From positions 5,321 through 69,320 of the forward strand of contig CACKOO010000004.1 in NCBI GenBank assembly GCA_902601765.1: a stretch of DNA of 64,000 nt. The letters are read 5' to 3'. Origin of the DNA: Hydrogenophilales bacterium (lineage in GTDB: Bacteria; Pseudomonadota; Gammaproteobacteria; Burkholderiales; Eutrophovitaceae). Below the pieces are notes generated by a model. The model did no database searches and was not told where the DNA came from. It worked only from the letters and a program-made list of their open reading frames with translations. Of the stretch, positions 39,718-50,131 are shown piece by piece. A program made the translations under genes and the position numbers. How positions within the stretch are numbered: the first letter of the stretch is position 1; every line of letters starts with the position of its first letter.

Positions 39718-40881
39718 CTACAACCCAGCACTACTTTTTAAATCGTCCACCTTGTCCAAAGATTCCCAAGTAAACTCTGGCTCATCTCTACCAAAGTGCC
39801 CATATGCCGCGGTTTTTTGGTAGATCGGGCGCAACAAATCAAGCATTTCTACTATACCTTTCGGCCGCAAGTCAAAGTTTTCTCTGATCACCTGCTCGAT
39901 AACACTATCATCGATGGCCGCAGTTCCGAAGGTGGCAACACTTATGCTGGTGGGCTCAGATACTCCTATGGCGTAGGACAATTGGACTTCGCACTTTTTC
40001 GCCAAACCCGCCGCAACCACATTTTTTGCTACGTATCGGGCAGCATACGCTGCTGATCTGTCAACTTTAGAAGGGTCTTTTCCTGAAAATGCCCCTCCCC
40101 CATGACGAGCTGCACCCCCATAGGTATCAACTATTATTTTTCTGCCAGTCAAACCGCAGTCCCCCTGAGGCCCTCCAACAACAAACCTACCTGTAGGATT
40201 GACTAAATATCTTATGTTTTGCTGAATCATATCCTCCGGCAAAACTGGCTTTATGATTTCTTCTATGACTGCCTCGCGAATTCTTTCGAGACTAATGTCC
40301 TCGGCATGCTGTGTAGAAATAACCACGGTATCGATCGCACTTGGTTTGTCATCAACATACCGGATGGTGACCTGCGATTTTGCATCTGGTTTTAACCAGG
40401 GTAAGCGACCATCTTTTCTGAGCTCTGACTGACGCTGGACTAACCGGTGAGAAAGAAAAATGGGCAGTGGCATCAAGGCTTCTGTTTCACTACAAGCATA
40501 CCCAAACATTAGTCCTTGATCTCCAGCCCCCTGATTTAGAGGGTCATCGTGAGCTCTATCAACACCCATTTTTATATCGGGACTCTGTTTATCATAGGCC
40601 ACTAAGACCGCACAGCCTTTGTAATCTATACCAGAAGAAGTATCGTCATATCCAATACTTTTAATGGTATCTCTGGCTACCTGCTGAAAATCGACAACAG
40701 ATTCACTTGTGATTTCACCGGCCAAAACCACAAGCCCAGTGTTTACCAAGGTCTCAGCAGCGACTCTGGAATACTTATCGCCTGCAAGGACAGCGTCCAG
40801 TACAGCATCGGATATTTGGTCGGAAACCTTATCGGGGTGTCCCTCCGAAACTGATTCGGATGTGAATAAATAGTCTGACAT
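39718..40881 (-). CDS. metK: S-adenosylmethionine synthetase
   Basis: [18 protein letters not shown] (ATG 40881), [21 protein letters not shown]. Confidence 0.98.
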   Translation of the reverse strand: MSDYLFTSESVSEGHPDKVSDQISDAVLDAVLAGDKYSRVAAETLVNTGLVVLAGEITSESVVDFQQVARDTIKSIGYDDTSSGIDYKGCAVLVAYDKQSPDIKMGVDRAHDDPLNQGAGDQGLMFGYACSETEALMPLPIFLSHRLVQRQSELRKDGRLPWLKPDAKSQVTIRYVDDKPSAIDTVVISTQHAEDISLERIREAVIEEIIKPVLPEDMIQQNIRYLVNPTGRFVVGGPQGDCGLTGRKIIVDTYGGAARHGGGAFSGKDPSKVDRSAAYAARYVAKNVVAAGLAKKCEVQLSYAIGVSEPTSISVATFGTAAIDDSVIEQVIRENFDLRPKGIVEMLDLLRPIYQKTAAYGHFGRDEPEFTWESLDKVDDLKSSAGL

Positions 40882-40953
40882 AGCTCTTAAATGTAATATT
40901 AATAAGCGATTCATTATAACATAAACAAAATATTACGTTTTTTAAATATAATT

Positions 40954-41820
40954 ATGATTCTTAGATTAGTACTGAAATTGTTGGCTTATCTGCCACTTAG
41001 TTTGCTCCAAGCGATTGGGGTTTTTATAAGTCGAGTTGCTTTCTTTTTTTCCCGTCGCTATTCAAAAATGTTGCATAAAAATTTAGAACAAAGCAAAGTA
41101 ACCCAATCAGTAACTGATTTAGAGGTACTAACCAAATCTAATGTGGCAGAAACCGGAAAAGCTTTTTTGGAACTCCCGTTCATTTGGTTTAGGCCACGGG
41201 ACGAAGTTTTGTCAAAGATAAGAAATGTTTCAGGTCGAACCTGCTTGGAAGCTATTTTTGAAGCTAAAAAGGGGGTTATATTTATCACGCCCCATTTGGG
41301 AAGCTTTGAGGTTATCCCGAAATATCTGAGTACTTATGCCCCAATCACTTGTCTCTACAAGCCGCCACACAAAACATTTTTTGCGAACACTATGCTGAGA
41401 GGACGAAGCGGCCACAATCAGTCGGTTGTCCCAGCTGACTTACGTGGTGTTCGATTGTTGTTAAAAGCATTAAAAAAAGGTGAGGCAATTGGAATTTTAC
41501 CAGATCAAGTCCCTAAGGCAGGAGATGGCACTTGGGAAAATTTTTTTGGTAGACCAGCTTTTACCATGACTTTGGTAGAACAACTAGTGCACCGGACAGA
41601 GTCTGATGTAATATTTACATATGCGGTGCGTATCGGGAAAGGTGACGGGTTTGATCTTTTTTTTGAACAAATGACTTACCCAGAACAAGATTTCAATTCC
41701 CAACTTATGAACGAAAAACTAGAGCATATTATAAGAAAAAATCCATCTCAGTATCTTTGGGCCTACAACCGTTACAAAGCACCATCAACTATCAGTGAAG
41801 AAAACCGGCAAAGAATATGA
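40954..41820 (+). CDS. Lipid A / lysophospholipid acyltransferase (LpxL/LpxM family)
   Basis: TPHLGSFE, LPDQ, FFGRPA, QYLWAYNRYK. Confidence 0.85.
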   Translation: MILRLVLKLLAYLPLSLLQAIGVFISRVAFFFSRRYSKMLHKNLEQSKVTQSVTDLEVLTKSNVAETGKAFLELPFIWFRPRDEVLSKIRNVSGRTCLEAIFEAKKGVIFITPHLGSFEVIPKYLSTYAPITCLYKPPHKTFFANTMLRGRSGHNQSVVPADLRGVRLLLKALKKGEAIGILPDQVPKAGDGTWENFFGRPAFTMTLVEQLVHRTESDVIFTYAVRIGKGDGFDLFFEQMTYPEQDFNSQLMNEKLEHIIRKNPSQYLWAYNRYKAPSTISEENRQRI

Positions 41821-42689
41821 TCACTCGCTTAGCACTGTTTTTTTTCTGGTTAATCCACTTCTCGCCAAGACCGGTTTTGTCTTTTGCCGGGAAACTTATT
41901 GGGATTTCTTTTATGTTGATTTCCAGAGAAAGAAATTTAGTCGTGAAAAAAAACCTTAGTGCATGCTTCCCCAATCACACCGAAAGACAAATAAAAAATC
42001 TCGTAAAAAAGCATTTTATTGCACTGGGAAGCGCTCTTGCCCATACAGGAGTGGCGTGGTGGGGATCATTATCACAAGTAAAAGATTTAGCTGAAATAAA
42101 AGGATGGGAAAATTTTGAAAAAGCCGACCAAAACAATCCGGTTATCGTTTTAGCGCCTCATTTCGTGGCGGTAGAAATATTGGGAATCAGAATTTCCATT
42201 GAAAAAGATGCTGTAGTTGTTTACAGCCACCAGAAGGACAAAACATTTGATGATTTTCTGAAAAAGAAAAGAGCGCGTTTTAGCGAGCCTAAGCTTTTTT
42301 CCAGGCAAGAGGGACTCAAAGGGGTAATAAGAGCATTAAAAGCTAGAGTTCCACTGTTTTTGCTACCAGATATGGATTTCGGACCGCAAGACTCAATTTT
42401 TGTTCCGTTTTTCGGGGTTACCTGTGCCACCACAACAGCTCCTCCCAGAATTGCACATTTAGCAAATGCAACGATAGTTCCTGTTGTGATAAAGAAAAAA
42501 CCTAACACATACGGATATCAAATTACTTTTTTACCAGCATGGAAAAATTTCCCGACAAATATAATCGAAAACGATATCAATTGGATGAATAAGTTCATAG
42601 AAAACGAAGTTAAAAAAACTCCTGAACAATATTACTGGGTTCACAAACGCTTCAAGACCAGACCTGTGGATGAATCCCCTTTTTACTAG
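41817..42689 (+). CDS. Lipid A acyltransferase (LpxL/LpxM family)
   Basis: NLSACFP, PHFVAVE, LPDMD, FVPFFG, PEQYYWVHKRFKTRP. Confidence 0.87.
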   Translation: MITRLALFFFWLIHFSPRPVLSFAGKLIGISFMLISRERNLVVKKNLSACFPNHTERQIKNLVKKHFIALGSALAHTGVAWWGSLSQVKDLAEIKGWENFEKADQNNPVIVLAPHFVAVEILGIRISIEKDAVVVYSHQKDKTFDDFLKKKRARFSEPKLFSRQEGLKGVIRALKARVPLFLLPDMDFGPQDSIFVPFFGVTCATTTAPPRIAHLANATIVPVVIKKKPNTYGYQITFLPAWKNFPTNIIENDINWMNKFIENEVKKTPEQYYWVHKRFKTRPVDESPFY

Positions 42690-42859
42690 TTATCACAGTA
42701 TCGACCCTAACTCCTTAAGATATGAAAACTAGTGATTTATACTTATTTGGCTGATTCACAAATTGGGATTGAGATAGAATTGTTGTTAAATATTACGGAA
42801 AGTTCCAAAATTTTGGCGTCATGGGAACCTACCAAACCGAGAATTGACTGCCACACAAT

Positions 42860-43693
42860 ATGTTAAAACTAAAATTTACCAAAATGGAAGGAGCCTGCAA
42901 TGATTTTATGGTTCTTGATGGTGTTACCAAACCTGTTGACCTGAAAACAAGTGACATATTAGCTCTAAGTGATCGCAGAAGGGGAGTCGGGTTTGATCAA
43001 CTATTGATATTAGAACCTGCCAAAAAAACTGACGCGGATTTTTACTACCGCGTACACAACGCTGATGGTAGTCTAGCAGAGCAATGTGGGAATGGAGCAA
43101 GGTGTTTGTACCTGTTTATAAAGAACAATGGGTTGTCCAAAAAGAAAACGATTACAGTTGAGACGATCAAGGGGATGATGACGCTATCCGTAAACTGCTC
43201 CGGACTAATCTCTGTTGATATGGGAGTGCCAACTTTTTCTCCGAGGGCAATACCTTTCAAAGTCCCCAAAGAGGAGGAGTCTTATACCCTGCGATTAGAT
43301 GAATCTTTTGTTACCATAGGAGCGGTATCAATGGGGAATCCTCATGCGGTGAATTTAGTATCAAACGTAGATCAAGCACGTGTGCAACAGTGGGGCTCAT
43401 GCATAGAAAAACATGCATATTTCCCTAATGGATGCAACGTTGGGTTTATGGAAATAAAAGATGAAAATAATATATTACTTAGAGTTTGGGAACGAGGAGT
43501 AGGAGAAACTCCGGCTTGCGGGACAGGGGCTTGCGCTGCGGCAGCTATCGGAATTTTGTGGGGTTTAAACAAGTCGCCAGTTAACGTTTTGACCAGGGGA
43601 GGAAAATTAACAATTACTTGGAAAGGTAAGGGACACAATTTGCAACTTGCAGGCCCTGCTCGTCAGGTATACGAAGGAGAAATATCAATATGA
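42860..43693 (+). CDS. dapF: Diaminopimelate epimerase
   Basis: FTKMEGACNDF, GVGFDQ, NADGS-AEQCGNGARC, MGNPH, ERGVGETPACGTGA. Confidence 0.97.
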   Translation: MLKLKFTKMEGACNDFMVLDGVTKPVDLKTSDILALSDRRRGVGFDQLLILEPAKKTDADFYYRVHNADGSLAEQCGNGARCLYLFIKNNGLSKKKTITVETIKGMMTLSVNCSGLISVDMGVPTFSPRAIPFKVPKEEESYTLRLDESFVTIGAVSMGNPHAVNLVSNVDQARVQQWGSCIEKHAYFPNGCNVGFMEIKDENNILLRVWERGVGETPACGTGACAAAAIGILWGLNKSPVNVLTRGGKLTITWKGKGHNLQLAGPARQVYEGEISI

Positions 43694-44355
43694 GTGACTC
43701 GCCACCGGACGTTAAACCCGATGAAAAGATGGTTCTGAAATTTCTGAAAGCTAATCCTGATTTCTTCATCCACCACCCTGCTTTACTGGAAAACCTTGAG
43801 GGGGAAAAATCCAACTCAGCTAATGTGATATCAATCCGAGAAAGACAATTTAAAAACCTTCAGGAAGAAAAAACCCAGCTTAAATATAATCTTTCTAATT
43901 TACTGGGAATAGCCGAGCACAACGAAAACTTAGCGCGATCAATTCATACAACCTCTCTCGAGTTTATGAACTCTTATGATTTAAAAACTCTAATCAGAGG
44001 CTTCTATGAAAACCTTCGAACGCACTTCGGTATAAATCATTTTGCTTTACGCTTGTGGGGAATTGACGCCGCAAACATCTCAAATGTAATTAATCCTAGT
44101 CCCCAATTATTAAAATTTACCAACAACCTAAAAGGCCCTACGTATGCAAAAACTCCAATTTGTGGGTCATCCTCCTGGTTTGATGATGTGGAAAAAATAC
44201 AATCTTTTGTCTACTGTCCCGTAAGAACAACTGAAACTATCGGACTTTTAGCGTTAGGCAATACGAACCAGAACCACTATGGGGAATCAAAAGATACTGT
44301 GTATTTGGAAAGACTAGTGGAACTATTATCAGCGAGTATTGAAAGACTAATTTGA
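43690..44355 (+). CDS. DUF484 (YigA-like) protein
   Basis: FLKANPDFF, ISIRERQ, GLLALG, DTVYL; sits between dapF and xerC. Confidence 0.82.
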   Translation: MSDSPPDVKPDEKMVLKFLKANPDFFIHHPALLENLEGEKSNSANVISIRERQFKNLQEEKTQLKYNLSNLLGIAEHNENLARSIHTTSLEFMNSYDLKTLIRGFYENLRTHFGINHFALRLWGIDAANISNVINPSPQLLKFTNNLKGPTYAKTPICGSSSWFDDVEKIQSFVYCPVRTTETIGLLALGNTNQNHYGESKDTVYLERLVELLSASIERLI

Positions 44356-45263
44356 AAATTAAGGATGAAATTGATCTCTCTATTGAGTCTTTTTTGAGTA
44401 GCCTGACCCTAAACCGACAGCTTTCAAACCACACGGTGTCTAGTTACCAGCGTGATCTTTCAGTACTAAAACAATTCATTAAGGGAACTCCAATACATCA
44501 ATTAGGAATGAATGATATCAGGGGGTTAGTTACAAAGATGTGGGCGTCCGGTTTGAGTAGTAGGTCGATAGCTCGCAGATTATCCGCTTGGCGAGGTTTT
44601 TTCTCGTTCATTCAGCCCAATAAAAAAAACCCTTGCTCAGGAGTCAAAGTGCCCAAAGGGGGCAAAAAATTACCGTCAGCCCTATCCGTTGATCAGGCTG
44701 TATTTTTAGTGGAAGGGCCAGAAAACAGTACTCTAAGTTTGAGAGATCATGCCATGTTTGAGTTGATGTATTCCTGTGGACTACGTCTATCTGAGCTTGT
44801 GAACACCGAGATTTCCGACATAAATAGAGACAACAGAACTATCAGAATTACAGGAAAAGGCGCGAAAACAAGAATTATACCGGTCGGGAAATCTGCCATT
44901 AAAGCAATAGACAAATGGTTACAGGTCCGGATGAATATTATCAAGCAAACGTCTGATATTCTATTTTTAAGTTCTCGGGGTTCGAGAATCACCCAAAGGA
45001 CAGTTCAGAGAAGATTAAAAGCACTGGGTCAAAAAAAAGCATTAGATATTCCGCTACATCCCCACATGCTTCGCCACTCTTTCGCCAGCCATATCCTACA
45101 ATCGAGTGGTGACCTTAGGGCCGTTCAAGAACTGTTGGGACACGAAAATGTTAAGTCCACACAAATTTACTCGCACCTTGATTGGGATCATTTGTCCAAG
45201 GTGTACGACTCCGCACATCCCCGAGCTAAAATAAAAAAACAAAAGCCAAATAAAAAAATTTAA
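44352..45263 (+). CDS. xerC: Tyrosine recombinase XerC (TTG start)
   Basis: HTVSSYQRDL, ELMYSCGLRLSEL, GKG-KTR, HPHMLRHSFASH, LRAVQELLGH, STQIY, YDSAHPRA; dapF-DUF484-xerC synteny. Confidence 0.93.
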   Translation: MKIKDEIDLSIESFLSSLTLNRQLSNHTVSSYQRDLSVLKQFIKGTPIHQLGMNDIRGLVTKMWASGLSSRSIARRLSAWRGFFSFIQPNKKNPCSGVKVPKGGKKLPSALSVDQAVFLVEGPENSTLSLRDHAMFELMYSCGLRLSELVNTEISDINRDNRTIRITGKGAKTRIIPVGKSAIKAIDKWLQVRMNIIKQTSDILFLSSRGSRITQRTVQRRLKALGQKKALDIPLHPHMLRHSFASHILQSSGDLRAVQELLGHENVKSTQIYSHLDWDHLSKVYDSAHPRAKIKKQKPNKKI

Positions 45264-45295
45264 GATGCACCAAATGATTTGTAGTATATTTTGGC

Positions 45296-45368
45296 CTATA
45301 ACCAAAATAGTAAAAAAAGTAATTTCTTAACCAGTAACTAGGAAATAATTTCAGCTATAACCAAAATA
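45296..45368 (+). repeat. 14-bp direct repeat CTATAACCAAAATA x2 in the hslV leader, plus a complementary upstream segment
   Basis: Copies at 45296-45309 and 45355-45368 (the second ends on the A of the hslV ATG); TATATTTTGG at 45285-45294 is complementary to both. Confidence 0.85.
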
Positions 45369-45913
45369 TGAAAATTGAAAATCTACATGGTACTACCATC
45401 TTGTCTGTTCGCCGCGGAAGCAAAGTAGCCTTGGGGGGTGACGGTCAAGTCACTTTGGGTAACGTGGTGATAAAGTCTACTGCAAAAAAAGTCAGAACTA
45501 TTTATGACGGCCAAATTTTAGCGGGTTTTGCGGGTGCAACTGCTGATGCTTTTACACTTTTCGAAAGATTTGAAGCTAAACTAGAAAAGTATTCTGGGAA
45601 TTTAATGAGAGCAGCGGTTGAAATGGCAAAGGATTGGCGCACCGACAGGGTTTTACGGCGGTTGGAGGCTATGCTTGCCATAGCAGACAGTTCAACATCA
45701 CTAATATTGTCAGGAAATGGAGATGTAGTAGAACCAGAGGATGGTTTAATAGCAATTGGTAGCGGCGGTTCTTATGCTCAGGCGGCGGCCCAGGCGCTAT
45801 TAGAAAACTCTGATTTTTCTCCAGAAGATATTGTCAAGAAATCTCTTATCATAGCGGGTAAAATTTGCATTTACACAAATCAAAATCATACGATTGAAAC
45901 TCTAAATAAATAA
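45368..45913 (+). CDS. hslV: ATP-dependent protease subunit HslV
   Basis: [47 protein letters not shown]. Confidence 0.98.
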   Translation: MKIENLHGTTILSVRRGSKVALGGDGQVTLGNVVIKSTAKKVRTIYDGQILAGFAGATADAFTLFERFEAKLEKYSGNLMRAAVEMAKDWRTDRVLRRLEAMLAIADSSTSLILSGNGDVVEPEDGLIAIGSGGSYAQAAAQALLENSDFSPEDIVKKSLIIAGKICIYTNQNHTIETLNK

Positions 45914-45996
45914 ATCAACTCACATACTTCTCATGGAACCCTATTTTGTAATATAGTTCCGTTGAAACATAAACAACCTACGTATACCCAAAAATT

Positions 45997-47334
45997 ATGT
46001 CATCCATGACCCCCCAAGAGATTGTTCACGAACTAGATAAGAATATTGTAGGACAAGAAGCTGCAAAAAAGGCGGTTGCTATTGCTCTTCGTAACCGATG
46101 GAGAAGGCAACAAATACCAGATCCTTTATCCCAGGAAATAACTCCTAAAAATATTCTTATGATCGGACCAACCGGAGTTGGAAAAACAGAAATAGCCCGC
46201 CGCCTAGCGCGACTTTCAAATGCGCCGTTTATAAAAGTGGAGGCAACTAAATTTACCGAGGTAGGGTATGTCGGAAAAGATGTTGAAAGCATAATTCGTG
46301 ATTTAGTGGAAGTGGCTGTAAAAGACACCAAAGAGATGGAAACTCGGAAAGTTCAACATAGAGCACAGGATGCCGCAGAGGAAAAAATTCTCGATATCCT
46401 TATTCCTAAAGCACGCTCATCCAGTGCTGGCGACAGTGGTGAACAAGATCCCGAATCTAGTACACGACAAACATTTCGGAAAAAACTTCGCGAAGGTGAA
46501 CTCGACCAAAAGGAAATCGAGCTCGAAGTTCCCCAAGCCAGTGCCCACATGGAGATTCTTTCGCCGCCAGGGATGGAAGAATTAACCTCACAGATACAGG
46601 GTATGTTCCAAAACCTTGGCACTCAAGGAAGAAAAACAACACGAAAGCTCAGAATTAAAGACGCATTAAAACTTTTGATTGACGAGGAAGCTGGTAAGCT
46701 TATTAATTCGGAAGAAATCAAAATGCAGGCACTAAAAAATGCGGAGCAAAATGGGATTGTATTCGTAGATGAAATAGACAAAATTGCTAACCGACAGGAA
46801 GTCTCCGGCCCCGAAGTCTCTCGCCAAGGAGTCCAAAGGGACTTGCTTCCCCTTGTTGAAGGAACCTCGGTAACCACAAAATACGGAGTAGTCAGAACAG
46901 ATCATATTTTATTCATCGGTAGTGGCGCATTCCATTTATCAAAGCCCTCGGACCTTGTTCCCGAGTTACAGGGAAGGCTTCCGATTCGTGTTGAATTGTC
47001 GAGTCTATCCGTCGACGACTTTGAGTCGATCTTAACGGCTACTGATGCCTGCTTAACCACTCAATACAAGGCGTTGATGGAAACGGAGGGGCTGACTCTT
47101 TGTTTCAAAGAGGATGGAATCACACGCATTGCTGAAACTGCGTGGAAAGTAAATGAGAAAACAGAAAACATAGGCGCAAGGAGGTTGTATACCGTCATGG
47201 AAAAACTGTTAGAGGAATTGTCGTTTGATGCCGCCAATCGAGGAGGTGACACCATTATTATTGATGCTAAATACGTTGATTTTCGTCTAAAAGATCTTTC
47301 AGACAGTGAGGACCTGGCTCGCTATGTTTTGTGA
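45997..47334 (+). CDS. hslU: ATP-dependent protease ATPase HslU
   Basis: [50 protein letters not shown]. Confidence 0.98.
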   Translation: MSSMTPQEIVHELDKNIVGQEAAKKAVAIALRNRWRRQQIPDPLSQEITPKNILMIGPTGVGKTEIARRLARLSNAPFIKVEATKFTEVGYVGKDVESIIRDLVEVAVKDTKEMETRKVQHRAQDAAEEKILDILIPKARSSSAGDSGEQDPESSTRQTFRKKLREGELDQKEIELEVPQASAHMEILSPPGMEELTSQIQGMFQNLGTQGRKTTRKLRIKDALKLLIDEEAGKLINSEEIKMQALKNAEQNGIVFVDEIDKIANRQEVSGPEVSRQGVQRDLLPLVEGTSVTTKYGVVRTDHILFIGSGAFHLSKPSDLVPELQGRLPIRVELSSLSVDDFESILTATDACLTTQYKALMETEGLTLCFKEDGITRIAETAWKVNEKTENIGARRLYTVMEKLLEELSFDAANRGGDTIIIDAKYVDFRLKDLSDSEDLARYVL

Positions 47335-47351
47335 TTTCACGCCAAGTACTT

Positions 47352-48356
47352 TCATTCGCCAGGCCGAAATTCTATGATCGCCAAGCCAAAATACTTTTGA
47401 GTATCGGTCAAAAAGTTTCGATAAACAAAGCCAGCTTTTTTTAATAGTTCAAAAAATGACTCCTTGGAGTATTTGTACGAATTCTCCGTGTGTATCGTCT
47501 CACCTCTATTGAATTCGAAACTCTCCCCGTCTATTAGAATTGACTGATCCTCAGAGCTTACTAGATGCATCTCGATTCGGTTTAGATCGTTATTATATCG
47601 AGCCAAGTGTGTGAACTTATCTTGCTTAAAGTTAGATCCGAAGTCGCGGTTCAACCGTGCCAAGAGGTTCAAGTTAAAAGCACTAGTGTATCCCTCAGGA
47701 TCGTTATACGCCAAGTTCAAGATATTTTTGGGTTTCGTTAAATCGACACCTATGATGCCAAACCCACCTAAACCTACGCACTGGCCTAATTTTTTTAAAA
47801 ATTCCGTCGCATCTGACGGTTCAAAGTTTCCTATTGTTGATCCGGGAAAAAACGCTATTTTTTCAAGCGAAGACGGCATAGTTGTTTCAAAAAATGACGG
47901 TCTTATCAAATCAAAGTCTCCTACTACACCAACAATATCTACCGAGGGATAATCTAAGGCCAAATTATGGCTAGAAGCAATCACTTCCTTTTTTGACACA
48001 TCTATCCCAATGTAACTAACTGGATTTAACGCTTGTATAAGTAGCCTGACTTTTTGCATATTACCAGCGCCTGGCTCTAGTATAAGCTTCCTCTTACCTA
48101 CTGACTTTCCGATTTTATCGGCATTTTGACTCAAAATACTAGTTTCCGTCTTCGTTTGATAATATGCAGATGTTTTACAAATTTTATTAAATAACTCACT
48201 TCCTTGAGCATCGTAAAAATATTTCGGTGAAATAACTTTTTGACTTTTATTTAAGCCTGACTTGATCTCTTCTATCTCAGATAGTTTTTTACTGTGCAGT
48301 TCTAACACCTGTAAATTTTGGGGTGTATCGTTAGTTTTTGCCTCTGTAAGTCCCAT
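47352..48356 (-). CDS. egtD: L-histidine N-alpha-trimethyltransferase (ergothioneine pathway)
   Basis: PKYFYDAQGSELF-IC, YYQT-TE, EPGAG, FFPGSTIGNF, GVDL-K, AYNDP-G, FNLNLL, RIEMHL, IHTENSYKY. Confidence 0.93.
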   Translation of the reverse strand: MGLTEAKTNDTPQNLQVLELHSKKLSEIEEIKSGLNKSQKVISPKYFYDAQGSELFNKICKTSAYYQTKTETSILSQNADKIGKSVGKRKLILEPGAGNMQKVRLLIQALNPVSYIGIDVSKKEVIASSHNLALDYPSVDIVGVVGDFDLIRPSFFETTMPSSLEKIAFFPGSTIGNFEPSDATEFLKKLGQCVGLGGFGIIGVDLTKPKNILNLAYNDPEGYTSAFNLNLLARLNRDFGSNFKQDKFTHLARYNNDLNRIEMHLVSSEDQSILIDGESFEFNRGETIHTENSYKYSKESFFELLKKAGFVYRNFLTDTQKYFGLAIIEFRPGE

Positions 48357-48507
48357 TAATTATCCTCTTAAGTATTTTATAGTTTTTTTATTAATTACGT
48401 TTATTGTGAACTGAACTCACTGCGAAGACAGATATGTAACGGTATAAATTCCAAAAAATACATCTTTTCCACTAAAAATAATGTAATAATCGCTCATTGA
48501 TTGTTAC

Positions 48508-49797
48508 TTGATCCTTAAAAATACGATGCAGCCGCAATATATTAACAGAGAAAAGAATTTTGCCGAACTAGTAGATACTTTTATCTCCGTGAGGCAAGTA
48601 ACGAAATTATTATCAAAGACTCTGTCGTCCGAGGATGCGGGAGCCCAAAGTGCACCGTTTACCAGTCCGGCTAAATGGCACCTTGCCCATACATCGTGGT
48701 TCTACGAAAAATTTATTCTGGAAGAGTACTTGGATTATTACAAAAAATTTAATGATAAATACGATCAACTTTTTAATTCATACTATAACTCCATAGGTCA
48801 AAGTTATGTCAGAAAAAAAAGAGGGCTAATTACCAGACCAAGCCTTGAAGAAATATATGATTTCAGACAATATGTTGACGACCATGTGATCAAGCTTATT
48901 GGTAACATGAGTCGAAGTAATTCGAAAAAGATTTCGGATAGATTAATTTTGGGCATAAATCACGAACAGCAACATCAGGAACTATTATTAACTGATATAA
49001 AACATCTTTTTTTTAATAACCCGTTGCTACCAGCCTATAAAAAAAGTGCTCGTCCACAAAATTCTGTTGACTCAGAGATAGCTAATAATTTGCTGAAAAT
49101 AAAAGGCGGCATTTATGAAATCGGTGCGACGGGAAATCATTCTTTTGTATTTGATAATGAAACTCCTTCAAACCGCGTTTTTCTAAAAGACTATGAAATT
49201 TTTTCTAAAACCATCACTAATCAAGAGTATTTAGAATTTATTATTGATGGAGGGTACCAAAATCCTTTGCTCTGGTTATCTGATGGTTGGGACAAAAAAA
49301 ATGAATTTTCTTGGAAAGCGCCGTTATATTGGATCGAAGAAGATAACGTTTGGCATCAGTTTACGCTCGGGGGTTTAGTAAAGTTGGTTGCCGAGGAACC
49401 CGTCTGTCATGTTAGTTTTTATGAAGCAGACGCTTTTGCCCGATGGTCGGGATGCCGACTTCCAACTGAGCCTGAATGGGAGATATCAAGTCTGACCTCA
49501 AAAGTGGGAGAAAACTTCTTAGAAAATGAACAATTGCACCCAATAATTACATCAAAATCCGCAAATTTTTTTGGCAATGTCTGGGAGTGGACTAGCAGTA
49601 GTTATCTCCCTTATCCTGGGTATGAAACTTTGCCTGGTTCTCTCGGCGAGTACAACGGTAAGTTTATGATTAATCAAATAGTATTGAAAGGCGGTTCATG
49701 TTTAACACCGCGGTCACATATTCGGCCTAGCTATCGTAATTTTTTTTACCCGGAAGATAGGTGGCAAGTCTCTGGTTTTCGCACAGTTACTAAATAA
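48508..49797 (+). CDS. egtB: Ergothioneine biosynthesis sulfoxide synthase (DinB + FGE-like domains); start TTG 48508 or ATG 48526
   Basis: SPAKWHLAHTSWFYE, LFNSYY, HEQQHQELLLTD (Fe-binding His), DNE, RLPTE-EWE, GNVWEWT, EYNGKFM, YRNFFYP-RWQ-SGFR. Confidence 0.92.
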   Translation: MILKNTMQPQYINREKNFAELVDTFISVRQVTKLLSKTLSSEDAGAQSAPFTSPAKWHLAHTSWFYEKFILEEYLDYYKKFNDKYDQLFNSYYNSIGQSYVRKKRGLITRPSLEEIYDFRQYVDDHVIKLIGNMSRSNSKKISDRLILGINHEQQHQELLLTDIKHLFFNNPLLPAYKKSARPQNSVDSEIANNLLKIKGGIYEIGATGNHSFVFDNETPSNRVFLKDYEIFSKTITNQEYLEFIIDGGYQNPLLWLSDGWDKKNEFSWKAPLYWIEEDNVWHQFTLGGLVKLVAEEPVCHVSFYEADAFARWSGCRLPTEPEWEISSLTSKVGENFLENEQLHPIITSKSANFFGNVWEWTSSSYLPYPGYETLPGSLGEYNGKFMINQIVLKGGSCLTPRSHIRPSYRNFFYPEDRWQVSGFRTVTK

Positions 49798-50131
49798 GAT
49801 TAACCTGCTAATGCCTAATTCTGTAGTTTCTAGGGGAATTTTCAATTTTAAAGTATCGCACGTCTTGCAAAAATTCGGGCTTCTCTTCACTTGTAAACAA
49901 AGATTATTTTCATCTAGTAGACCTGAGTGTGTAGACAGTACCACTGTTTTTGGGAGTTTAGAATAAATGGTGGAATAGTTGAAAGTCTTTGCGTAAAAAG
50001 TCACCCACTCAGTTCTAACCTTTGGATCAAAACGTTTTCCTGCTGTAGAATGAGTGTGAAGTACTTTATTGGCTAAGAAGAATTTACGATATTGTATTAA
50101 ACTATTGACAAAAAAATTAAAGGATAAATTC

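Noticed and set aside
44352-45263. Tyrosine recombinase as a possible phage or island integrase
   Set aside because: It has XerC motifs in the standard dapF-DUF484-xerC context, with no att sites or mobile genes nearby.
48508-49797. SenA (selenoneine) or OvoA (ovothiol) instead of EgtB
   Set aside because: No senB/selD neighbours and no fused methyltransferase domain; pairing with egtD fits EgtB.
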